Source: Chlorokybus atmophyticus (Eukaryota > Plantae > Mesostigma and Chlorokybus algae). Taken from it: a DNA stretch of 64,000 bases. A program made the position numbers and the translations under genes. The stretch's first letter is position 1; each line of letters starts with the position of its first letter. The stretch covers positions 2,566,846-2,630,845 of the forward strand of contig RHPI01002069.1 of assembly GCA_009103225.1 (NCBI GenBank). The letters are read 5' to 3'. The notes under the pieces are model-generated. The model did no database searches and was not told the DNA's origin. It saw only the letters and a list, made by a program, of their open reading frames with translations. Positions 50,507-61,550 of the stretch are shown here, piece by piece.

Positions 50507-52096
50507 AAGTGAAGAGGTGTACCTGGACGGAAGTGTGATGCATTCCAAGAGAGAATGAGGCTCGCCTTGCGCAAAGCTGAAGGATCGCTTCAGGAGGCTG
50601 GGCTTGAGCAAACCCGTGGTGGAGCAGTACTTCAATCTTCTCGAGGAAGTTGTGAAGGACTTGGGAGTGGGACCGGACAGAATCAACTCAGCAGACGAGA
50701 TAGGATTAGAGCCTGACACAGCAATGCAAAAGCAGAGAGTGATAGTTGCAAGGTGCGTACATGCATGCATGTTGTGCAATGCATGAGAAATTGTGTTGTG
50801 CAATGTGTGTGACATGCATGTTATGTGTACCGTGGTTCCAAATGGGCTCGAGCTGCAACAACCGGGTCAAGAGAACACATTACCTTGATGGCTGCAGTCA
50901 CGGGAGCGGGCTTTGCATTCCCTCCGCTGGTCATACTCAAGGGACAGAGGTTGAACAAGGACATGGACGGCTTCGCCAAGGAGGTGCCACTTGCCAGCTT
51001 CAAGGCACAGAATAATGCATGGATAACAACCGAGATTTTTTAGCTGTGGGTGGAGGTGATGGTGGAACACGCAGGGGGGGTCTCTATCGACAAGGCTGCC
51101 TTGCTGGTCATCAATGGACATGTTAGCCGCTATAACGCTAACATGATCGCCTTCGCCAGAGAGCATGGGCCGCGCATCCTCATCCTTCCACCCCATACTA
51201 CTCACAGGTTGCAAGTGTTGGATGTAATCTGCTTCCACCCCTTCAAGGAAGAGTAATGCAAGCAAAATGCAGCAAGGCAAAGAGTGCGTTACAACTACCA
51301 TCTGAGCGAAAAGGAGTTTCTGCGCATGCTCGTGAGACCCTTCTATGCATCCATGGCACCCCAGATCATCATCAACGGCTTCCGTGCATGCGGGCTCTGG
51401 CCTTTGAACAAACATTGTGTGGACAAATACCTTCCACCTGTTCAGCCAGAGGGACAACTGGGTGCTGTGCTTGAAGCTATCGACGCTGAGGACGATGTTG
51501 CTGAGCCCAATGTTGCCAACCCAGAAGTGGATGACTGCGCCCTTGGCACAGAAGCCCCAGCGAAGAAGAGGAGGGGGGTGAAGGCTGCACACTTACTCAC
51601 CAGCCAGCAGATGCATGCAATGTTAGAAGAACAAGACCAGGAGAAGGAGCGGAAGCTTCCGCTCCTTCTTAAGAGGCAAGACAAGCTCAAGAGGCAAGAG
51701 GAGAGGGCTGACAAGGCTGAGGCTACAAAGCACGCAGCTCAAAAGGCAGCCTCACAAGCAGCCAAGAAGGCTGCCAATGAGGCCAAGAAGTTCCTGGAGG
51801 CGCAAAAGAAGGCAGAGAGGAGAGCTGCCATGCAGGACAAGCGGCAGGAGGAGGCTCAGAAGAAGGCGGAGGCTGAGAAGACGGCTCGCTAGGAGAAGGA
51901 GCAGAGGGAGAAGACAGCTGCGGAGGCTATGGCGATCCTCTGCAGATACGAATGGAATAGCGTCCGGTGTGACAATCAGCAGGGAGACCCTTTGCAGACG
52001 TGGCTGAGGACTACGCAGCCAACCGCTTCACCCCTCACCCAGCAGCCAAGGAGGCAGGAGCTCGGTGGAGAGCGAAGAGGGAAGCTGAGCACAAGC
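50507..52096 (+). pseudogene. C-terminal exons of the split pogo transposase
   Basis: RGVPGRK; GPDRINSADEIGLEPD; GSREHITLMAAVTGAG; LLVINGH (catalytic D changed to N)..35 aa..QVLDV; GLWPLNKHCVDKYLPP; K/A/E tail homologous to ORF 677-1486. Confidence 0.88.
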
Positions 52097-52557
52097 TGTT
52101 GAAGGTATTACATGGGTGATGCTTGTATCCGGTCAGCTTGCCCTTTATACAGGAGTCGAGAGTCGAAGGTACCAGGAAGAAGCGCGTGGACTCCGGACTT
52201 AGCAAGACGGTCGAGTCATGACGGACTCCGGACCAGGCTGCTTGGTAGAGCCTTGGGAGAAATCGCGTAGCCTCGTGGATACGTAAGCTTAGCAGGCGTG
52301 GCTTAGCTTGTTGGAAAGCTCTAGTTGTGAGCTAGACAGCCTAGCTTACAGAACAGCAATCGGCTGAGTATAGCGCACGCGGTGCTTGCCAATGTAGACG
52401 TGTGTATAGACTGGCGGGGTATAAAGCCCAGACTTGTTGCAATGAAGATAAAAAAGAGGTCACGATGTAGCATGTGTGCGGATGCTATGGCAGCAGTAGC
52501 AGTCATGCTCTTGTGTTGATGTTGTTGGCGTGTCACTTGCACGTGCGTATGTAAACA
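52097..52557 (+). mobile_element. Solo LTR B (same family as A), 461 bp
   Basis: TGTTG...AAACA with TSD CAAGC (52092-96, 52558-62). Confidence 0.92.
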
Positions 52558-53546
52558 CAAGCCACAATCAGTATAGCATAGCAACTGCATGACTGTGCAC
52601 GCATCTATGTAGACTTAGACTTAGACTTCCTTGGGGACAGTGCAATGCTTTCAAAGCCTCAATCTCACCCGTGCTCATGCATGCACGAGCATACATGCAT
52701 GCACGCACAGACTTGCACAAGATGTCTTGCAGGCACAGGCATACGCACAGCACCCAAACCCTTGCAAACGGCCATCCACACAGCAGCCCACGCCGCGCCT
52801 ACACCACCAGCGCCAGCGCCGCCATCACGCGTATAACCTTGCACAACTGTTTTGCAGGCCATGCACACAACAGCCACAACCCTTGCAACCATGTTCAACC
52901 CTAAGCTACTACTAGTCGACGGCGACGCGAGTCCTTTGTTAAGCCGTTTGGGCCCGGATGAAGCGTTATATAAAATTCAAAAGCATAATTACCGCCGCAG
53001 CTTCGAGATGGTTAATTATAGGTAAGAGATGGCGCCGGGTAAAGCAAACCCTAACATGGGATCCCACATCGATGTCGACGTCGACACAAGTAACCTTTGC
53101 AAAATCCGTTCTGGCTTGTCCGTATCAACGCGAGACGACAAGTCAGCCCTCGCCAACATCGACACACCCCGACTGATCACCTTCCGTCGCCGTCGATGCG
53201 CGATAAACCATAGACATTGGTGAGTTTATACTTGCCCCACAGCAGCTGCTCGGGCTCTCCGACTGTTCATAAGTGCCATCATCGTTGAGTCGCGACTTGC
53301 CTAATGGCAGTCGCGCCGATTTGACCAGTTCAGTCGGCGGCAGAACGCGACCTGCCTATCAAGGCGACGCGACCTGTTGGGCTGGCAACGACGGGCTTTG
53401 CGCGCAATCAACCGGTATGGGCCTGCAAAAACCCGGCCTTGGAAGTGGGGCCGGTGACCAACCCTAATCAGACCCCTAGAAATCTTCCTCAGCTGAAAAG
53501 GGGCAGCTGCCGAGGACGTCAGCGTTCTTAAGTTGGGTGGAATGTA

Positions 53547-54046
53547 CAGTCTACCCCCGCTAAGAGACTTCGCTCCAAGAGAATAACCCCGCTAACAGCA
53601 TAGAAAATGAGATTACCAAACGGAATACAGGCAAATGTTGGTGCCTAAGAGAATATGCTTAACCGCGAAGAGCATATCTTTATGTCATGTAATTCTCGCA
53701 AGTTTTAGTGAGCAATATTCCAAGATTAGGGGCGTAGTGCGTGACGGGTGTGGCATAGCGCGTGACGCGCGTGATGTATAGGGCGTGATGGTTGAGGTGT
53801 GACGCGCAATCAGCGTGACGAGCGTGATCATCACGCCCGTCGCGCCATAATGGCGCGACGGGCGTGGCATGGTACGCGTGACGCAATGGGCGTGATGGGC
53901 GTGATGAAATCGCGCTTAAAGCATATTTATGCTCTTGACACCCATAATATGCTCCTGGACGTAAAGAGAACGTCGCAATATGTTTTCCCTGCCGGCCGAC
54001 TAAATATTGGCAACGGCCGTGCACCTGAGGACGCTAATTTAGACTG
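53547..54046. mobile_element. MITE family 1 copy (right end uncertain)
   Basis: TA|CAGTCTACCCCCGCTAAGAGAC; colinear with 28797-29200 over ~400 bp. Confidence 0.65.
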
Positions 54047-54053
54047 TCGTGGC

Positions 54054-54445
54054 TCAGGCCACCTGTAATCTTGATACAGGGACCTAATAGTAACTTCCAT
54101 TACTCTCAGGCCCTTTTTGTTACAATTTACTCTTTAACAGTTGACTATGCCTAACTAACAGGCGCCTGTTAGTTACCTATCAGGCCTTAACAGGTGACTT
54201 TATATAATTGACAGGCACCTGTTAGTCACACACCAGGCCTTAACAAATGACTTTGTGTAATTTACAGGCAACTGTTAGTTACACATCAGGCCTTATTAGG
54301 TGACTACAACTAATCAACGGGCACCTGTAAGTTACACATCAGTCTTACCTAGGTGACTCAGCCTATGTGACAGGCACCTGCAGGTTACACACCAGTCCAG
54401 CGCAGGCGACTAAGCCCAATTCACAAGCACCAACTAGGTAATTAT
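54054..54445. repeat. Degenerate 53-bp tandem array (5-7 units)
   Basis: ACAGGCACCTGTTAGTTACACATCAGGCCTTA..GGTGACT units start at 54158, 54211, 54264, 54317, 54370 and 54423 (exact 53-nt period), with weaker units upstream. Confidence 0.85.
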
Positions 54446-54791
54446 CGACAAAATAAGGCAATCTTTAACAACTGAAGGTGACCAATGCCTAACTGTCGTC
54501 ATATGTATTTGCATAGCTTGACTACACGCGACTGTCACTGACTTCCAGCATTGTTATGTGCCTGTGCTGTGTACATGTACCTGAAATGTGTACAGTGTCT
54601 CTCAGTCACTTGCCAAGGCTTGTAGTTCGATTATGTGACTCGAATGCAGTTCTGTTGTATATCATAGGGATGCAAGTATTGATGTGCATGAGCATAATGA
54701 CGATTGACTGAGCTGGTTTAAGATGCACAACACTCAGTCACAAGAGCCTTGTAGCTATGTACACTACCAGCTAAACGGACTACCAACTGCG

Positions 54792-56619
54792 CTACAGCTC
54801 CTCTCCATCATCGCTGGTCTCGTCATTACGGAACAAAGCACCACGCGCTGGGGCCTGTGGAGGAGACGCCGGAGCTTGCTCTTCCTCCTCAAACGGTTGT
54901 GCCAGCCAATCAAATGCCGCTTCTGCCTCAGCGAGCGGGTCACGAGCTGCTGTCTCTTGCGGCCGGCGCCGATTGGGATCTTTCAGGTATTCGACACAAG
55001 ATGCAGTGCGGCGTTTCACAAGGGTGAATGGCTGGAGGGCTGCGTACCGTTGCCTCATCTCCCGCTTCATTGACATGATCATGGTGTTGATTTCGCTGAG
55101 GTACTCTTCATGTGTGTCTATGCTGGCAGCTAGGAGAGGGTCTCCATCCTTGCCCTTTAGGATGCGCTCCACCTGCGTAGTTTACAGGCATGTCTTAGTG
55201 GCATCGAAAGCCACTATTCACTGCAACGCGTCTGCAAGCCTGTAGTTTGGGGCTACAGCATTCCTGAATTGCTAATGATGGAGTTCAGAGTGCTCACCGT
55301 AAGCAACAGGTATGCGAGGTGGTTGACTGTCAGCTGCCGGCGACCAGGTGTAGTGACGGCGTAAGACCAGCATTGCACGATCATTTGCCAGATTATGGGA
55401 TTGCCCCATTCATGGATGTATCTCCTCCGCTCCGGGTCTGCAGTGTCGGTCACCTCAAATCTCCGCCATGACTTGTCTGCGACAGTCATACCGACAAGGC
55501 ATTAGTCACGAAATAGATAGTTCAAGTTGAGCCTGCACCAGGCTAGAATAGTGCCTGTGACTTACTTTGGAGCGCGTTGCGCATCTGGGCTTTTTGGGTC
55601 TCGGGGTCCATTAGGGCGTCGATGTGCCTGATTGAATCGGTTACAATAGGCGAGATGAGTACGTGTGTATGGAGGCTGAGTAAGAAGGCAGTGTTGCATA
55701 GCAGACATGGTGGTGAGGGACCCAACTCACTTGCGCTCGTTGCTGTTAGACAGTGTCCACTTGTACTCCTTCTCAAGGACATGCTTGATCTTGGTGACGT
55801 TCTCAGACCGGACCTGCGTAGCTTTCTTCAGGGCGACACTCCAGTGGAAGGGGCACTCCTTGGGAGTCCAGTACACCTCATAGAACTTGGCCGCATCGGC
55901 CTCGTCGTCATGGTCGAAGCCAACTACCTGTCACGGGCAGGTTGGTCAGTGTCACGGTGCAGTGCGGTCATGAAGCATTCACAGCACCTGACACATGACG
56001 TTACGAATAGTGTCCTCCTTGGGATAAACGTGGCTCTCTACCCAGTGGCCGTTTATGATTTCAACGACGGCATCTCGCAAATGCTGTCCACAGAAGAACA
56101 ATCCGTTACACACATACACACAGTGTCACAGTGTCACACAGTGCTTACCTCGTTGCCAATCTTCCACTTGCTTGGGGAAGGGTTGCTGACGGCCGAGGTT
56201 GCCACGTCACGGCCAAATGCGTTTGGGTTGGGGGTTCCAATCGACCCTTTGCAAGCACAACCACATGAGTCATGCTGCCAGCCATGAAAGATGCAACCCT
56301 CACAGTTGCAAAAGAAGAGCAACGTGCACAGTGTATCCAGAACGCATGCAGTGAGTCACTGTGCCAGTCATGATAGAAGCAAGCATCCAAGTTAGAAGTT
56401 GAGCAAGAAGCAACGTGCACAGTGCATCAAGAACGCATGCAGTCTAGCTTGCCCTTGCGACTGCGGTGTCAGGTGGAGTTGTTGTGATGTGCTGGGCGTT
56501 AGCGCGGGGTCTTGCTGCGATTGGTTGGCGACGGTTGCCTGGTTGAACACTGGGGGCAATGTGGACAACTGGCGCCGACCTCCACGACGAGGTGCACTTA
56601 CGGATGGACCACGAGGCAT
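54792..56619 (-). CDS. Uncharacterised multi-exon gene, positionally equivalent to a TnpA-like accessory gene
   Basis: ATG at 56619 (MPRGPSVSAPRRGGRRQ). Coding-like exons GLFFCGQHLRDAVVEIINGHW, VVGFDHDDEADAAKFYEVYWTPKECPFHWSVALKKA..KHVLEKEYKW, RRYIHEWGNPIIWQMIVQCW and ERILKG..AAFDWL..GEEL*, separated by GT-AG introns. Confidence 0.6.
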
Positions 56620-56934
56620 CTCTCCAACTGATAGTCGGGTGCCGCCTGTTTAGCTGTAAGTGGCGCTGCCGCCTCCAACGCTGTCGCCGCCGGTTGGCCC
56701 GCCCGAATGTATGAGGCGCGAAAACAAAAATGAGGCGGTTTTGAACGTCTAGAGTCCCGCACTAGAGTCGCACTTGTAGTGCGTCCTTGCTCCTATGGTT
56801 GATGGTACGACTTATGCATTCGTGCCATGCATGCTTCGTACAACCATTGTTACCAATGGTTGTGTCGTAACATTTATGGTACGACAGAGGCATCTCTCGT
56901 CCAACCCCAGCGATTGCCGTACAATGGCTCTGTC

Positions 56935-56950
56935 GTACCATCCATGGTAC
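56935..56950. promoter_or_regulatory. Palindromic site GTACCATCCATGGTAC, the centre of a 13-bp-stem inverted repeat (56928-56957)
   Basis: CTCTGTCGTACCA-TCCA-TGGTACGACAGAG; extra GGTACGAC half-sites at ~56804 and ~56878; intergenic between divergent genes. Confidence 0.55.
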
Positions 56951-57152
56951 GACAGAGGCATTGCTCGATCAGCCCAAATGGGAGTTAGCATGCACTCACC
57001 CAAACACGCTTCATTGATGGCCGGATGATGGCACGCAGGGGCACCAGGTCGATGACGGGTCGAATGTCAGGCTTGATGGGCCTGGGTTCGACTAGGAGGC
57101 GGAGGACCAGGAGTCGGAGGCGGCGGCGGCGGCGGCGGCGGCGTGGCACATC

Positions 57153-60100
57153 TTGCGAGAAGTTGTGGTCGTAAGAGTTCAAGCAGCGAAGCCAGCTACT
57201 ACCGGTCGCCACGTCATGGATCATGGCAGGCGTCAGCAATGGGGCTGTCCAACATGCATCACCAACATTGGACAAACCAGCAGGCAAGCCATTAAAGACC
57301 ATCTTCACACAGAGAGCTGCTTGGTGGCTCGCTTTCTGCAACAGGGAGTGGATCAGGAGCTGCAGTCCTTGGAGCCCCTTGTCAGAACCATGCGGGACCA
57401 GTTGCGGCTGTGGGAACAAGCACAAAGGAATGCAGAGGTACGCTCAACAGTCACATGCATTTCCTTGCAAGAGCAATTTGTTTTTTAGCGCAGTCCATGT
57501 GATATATGTAGCGTGGCTGCAGGCCTCCACTATTCACCCATACCCACCCTACAGTCAAGCCGACATTGCGGAAGCAAGAGCAGATAGACAGAGCTGGGCG
57601 GCGGTATGTTGTTGCCAATCTCGCTGTGCATGTTGACTGCAATGTCGGCTCCAATGCATGCCTACCTTTCCATGCTAGGATGTGCGTGAGCGTGCGAAGT
57701 CGCGCGCGCGTGCCGAACGAAGTAGGCTGGGTTTGAGCACAGGAGCGCGTGGCCATTCGTCCGGCATTCAACCAATAGTGCATCAACCAGCAATGACGCA
57801 GTCCATGCAATCATTCGTGCATCAACCAGCAATGCCGCAGGTGACTGTTCGAAGCAACCAACTGATGACGGTGTGACGCAGTTGACTATTGCAATTGCAG
57901 TGTCGCAAGCATGCAGCTAACCCACATGTGATTGGTTGACAGCACCACAGTGCACTAAGTCCTGTTGGAGCTCCTATGCAAGCCTGGATTCAATCCCATC
58001 AACTGGTCCTTCAATCCCACTTGCTGATGGGCGCGGCGGCAATGCGGCATCAGTTTAACATGCATGTTGGCCTGTTGAATCCCGACATGTCCATTGGGGC
58101 AGTGGCGCATGATGTGCCCATGGCTCAAGAGCTCCGTGACGAGTCTGCCATCGAGGGTGGCGGGGAGAGTGCAGCCAATACCACCTTGTCAGCCCCCATG
58201 GCTTCCCCTGCTCCATGCAGCCCACGGGCCATTGAGGTAAGTCGCTGTCTTTTATGCTCGTGCCTTGGTAACAATGCGTCAGGCACTGCATAAGCTTATA
58301 TTCGTCCTTTGCAACATTGTGAGCCATCTTATCCTGGGTCCTGTATACAGCCCCCCTTGCTGCATGCACAAGTGGTCTCACCTGCAGCTCCTGCTCCCCT
58401 CCCAGCCAGAGCGCAACCACCTTCCGCGGCACCAGTCCTTCGTGCACTGCCATCTCCTCCACGAGCAGCACCGGTGATTGCGGGGCAACAATCCTTCTTG
58501 CCGCCACCGGCGAGACCACAGCACAATGCAACAACCGATGTGGCTTCTGCACCTACCTTACCCCACCCGCTGCAAGTTGAAGCCGGCAGTCTGCCCCAAA
58601 CTCAGGTACTTTATCAGTCACTGTGACTCTTGCCGTCCACAGTTGGACACACCATGTGAGTGCTGTATGCGCATGCAGCAGGGGTCACCACCTGCCAGCG
58701 AGTCATCAGAGGAGCTGGCCGCAACCCGCATACGGCCATCAGTCATGCTAGGTGGCCAGCTCGCCTCATGGGACCACTTCAATGCGCCAACGGATGGTAA
58801 CTGCTTCTACCATTGTGTATTTCGCGCCAGGCCATCCATAGCGCAAAGTGTCCTGGATGATCACAAGTGCCCCAGCTCGAGCAGATTTTGGGCCATGCTG
58901 GACACCATGGACGACGACGGCAGGGGGCACACTCTCCGCAAAATCACCGCCAAGGCTGTCGATGCAGGCGTGGCGAGCAGAATCCTAGACTTCTGCAGAG
59001 CCACTGGTGCCGCGGGAGAGATGGCGCAGTATTACGACAAACTGCCTGCGACCATGTTGGCTGATATCAACTGCAACATTGACCTAGCCATGGCCAAGGT
59101 GCGACAGATCGTGCGGAGAAAAGATGTGTACGTCGAGCACCTGCAGATGACCATGTTTGCCAACAAGCTGGGCTTGTTGATTGGCTGCGTGACCGTTCAG
59201 CGCGAGCATGGGGAGTGGGTGCCACGGCCCGGCAGCGCAGTTTGGGTTGGAAATAAAGAAGCCCCCAACTCAGTCCTGGTGGTGGGCAACACTGCTCCTG
59301 ATGAGCCAGAAGCACACTTTTGGCTCCTCAAGCCTGCAAGCACCGAACAGTGGTCGTGGCCTATGCATGAAGTGCCACCGGAGGTAACACACCTGATCGG
59401 AGAGTGGCGGAATGGCGTTGCCAATTCCCCGCTACCACCGGCTGTGACCCAGAGTGCTGCGCCAACGCCTCAGGCCTCGCCTTCGTGTGCTAGGCAAGAA
59501 GTAGCCGAGTGTTCTGCACATCCTGCCTCCCCTCAACCACAGCCACATGCTCGCAATCCCAATTCAGCACCCTCCCTTCCTGCCGCGGAGACTCACTTGC
59601 CACCGCACTCTGACCATCCGGAGGCATCTCCATCAAGAAGCAGCTGTAGCTCGCCCTCTCCCTCTAAGCTTGCCACATTGATCCCAGCCTGTCTTGTTGG
59701 TAAAGAGATTGATCGAGGTGTCCTGAAAGCTGCGCTGAAAGACAAAGGCTTCATGCTCGACCTCATGAAGCAACATGAGGTCGTGGAGGAACGGGAGGCA
59801 ACCAACAAGCGCAAGGCTGTGGAGCAAGAAGATAACGCCTTACCTCCTCTGAGTGACAGTGCCACGGAGAGCGCCTGCCAGGATGTGCAGGGTGACAAAA
59901 AAAAAAAGAAGAAGGTTGTTGGAACAAAGGACGCTGACAGGACCAAAAAAGGAAAGGTGAGGCATCGTTACAACATTAGAAGAAGCACAGCGCCTTGAAG
60001 CCTCACTGGGGCTGACTGTGTGTCCTGAGTAGGCACAGGCGGGTTTACAGCGTCAAGTGGCTGCTCAGCATCGTCCAGAGAGACAGCCGGTGCGGCACGA

Positions 60101-61067
60101 GCTGCCTAAGCTCAAAGCACCGACGCGCAGACGCTTTGGGGGGCTGACTCGTAGTGCAAAGGAGTTGATCACCCTACAGTACGCCCAAGACGCGCTGCAT
60201 CACCGCATGCGGCATGCCTCGAGGTGGGTGACGAAAGTTTGCAATAAGTGGGAGCAAACGCGGAGAATGCGGTCTAAACAGACCTCTGGGGATTGGCCGT
60301 GGTTGGAACCCATACACGATATGGCCATCCGTAGTACGTTGTTGCCCCTCGCCGTCCTCGATATGATGGTGTTGTTGCTGCCGCAGCACCCCGGCAATGT
60401 GCAAGAGCTATCTGCGGAGCAGAACTTCGACCTGCTGCAGCAGATGTACCTGTCGATGTCGACTAATGCGGGTCGAGATGTGTGCCACTACCTGAGCAAA
60501 CATACTGGGTGGCAAGTAAAACCATTCGAGCTGTACTTGGCATGCTTTGGCTGGCAGTGGCTGTATGTCATACGGCACGTCGAGCTGATTCTGTGGAAGC
60601 TCGAAGAAAATGACGATGCGGGGGAGTACACGAGTGACGACAGCCATGTCGAGGGCCTGGATGAACGCATGCTGGACGAGACCACCAAGACCAGCAGGTG
60701 GTGTATGGCGGCAGATGGGCGTCAGGTGATCGAGCAGGCAGTGGAGCGTTATGCTGCGCCATTCAGATGGGAGTCGCTACGCCTGCGACGCGATAACAGA
60801 GTTTGGTGGCAGAGGCAGCTTGCACACCCGCGTGCACCATGTGTGCTGATTTGTCGCATTGAAGAGCCACCCCCCCCAGCGGATGGGGAGACGCCCTGTT
60901 GCAAGAAAGCGATGTGCCATGTCTGCATCATAGCACATCAGAAGACTGTGGCAAATAAATCAAAGAATCTACAAGCGTGTCCATTCTGCAAGCAACCTCA
61001 CCCGTTTTGGTCGCCACGCCTGATGCAAGACGCCAACGTGTCGGCGGTGATTTGGCCCCCGCCTTGA
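57153..61067 (+). CDS. Multi-exon protein: C2H2-like Zn finger, Pro-rich linker, OTU-like cysteine protease, C-terminal RING-like finger (5' end uncertain)
   Basis: CPTC..HLHTESC; OTU signature APTDGNCFYHC (Cys 58802) and EAHFWLL (His 59315). A phase-0 intron 59957-60050 joins ORF 58478 in frame to ORF 60057, which ends CVLIC..PCCKKAMCHVC..CPFC. Confidence 0.7.
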
Positions 61068-61395
61068 TGCCAATTGTGCATGTATTGTAGTTTTGTGTTG
61101 GCTTCCTGTGAACCATGTAGGTACATGTATAGTTGCAGCATGGTGCATGGTGCACCAGAGATCTGCTGTTGTTAGAAGCATTGGCTGTACATGTGTATGA
61201 TGACTGCCCGGCGCATGAGTCAGTGCATGGCTTGCATACCTCGCTGGTTTAGAGCGTGGTTGACAGCAACAAACTCGGACAGCGCTCTGGGTTCCATGGC
61301 ATGACAGCACAGTATTACTCTACGATCGTGGTAGTATGCGAGTATCCTTGTACTGTAGTACCATTAACAGATGGAGTACCATTCATGTTGATGTA

Positions 61396-61411
61396 GTACC
61401 ATGCATGGTAC
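61396..61411. promoter_or_regulatory. Palindromic site GTACCATGCATGGTAC upstream of the methyltransferase gene
   Basis: Part of a perfect 18-bp palindrome at 61395-61412; additional GTACCAT copies nearby; a 15/16 match to 56935-56950. Confidence 0.55.
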
Positions 61412-61550
61412 TGCAATAGCGTATAAGGTACAGTCGTGCTTCACTTGAAGTTTGACCCATTTAGGGTTCGTAAGCTGGCAACCCTAAATTGATGCCCATA
61501 CCCTAAAGTCTCGCTCAGTTTGTGGGCAGCCGTGCCGATTCCTATTTTGC

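Larger units (their letters stand above)
31042..52906 (+). mobile_element. Second pogo/Fot1-like DD35D transposon, split by the CACTA-like insertion and a solo LTR; right TIR not found
   Basis: TA|GGGTAAATCGCCCCAACTTCG at 31042 resembles the TIR of element 1. The transposase N-half is at 31880-32350 and the C-half at 50507-52096. Confidence 0.75.

Noticed and set aside
36256-52557. Near-identical ~460-bp direct repeats that could bound a 16-kb composite LTR element
   Set aside because: Each copy has its own distinct 5-bp TSD (TCTTT versus CAAGC), so they are independent solo LTRs.
54054-54445. CRISPR-like repeat/spacer appearance
   Set aside because: The whole 53-bp unit is homologous, including the variable half; there are no unique spacers or cas genes, and the context is eukaryotic.
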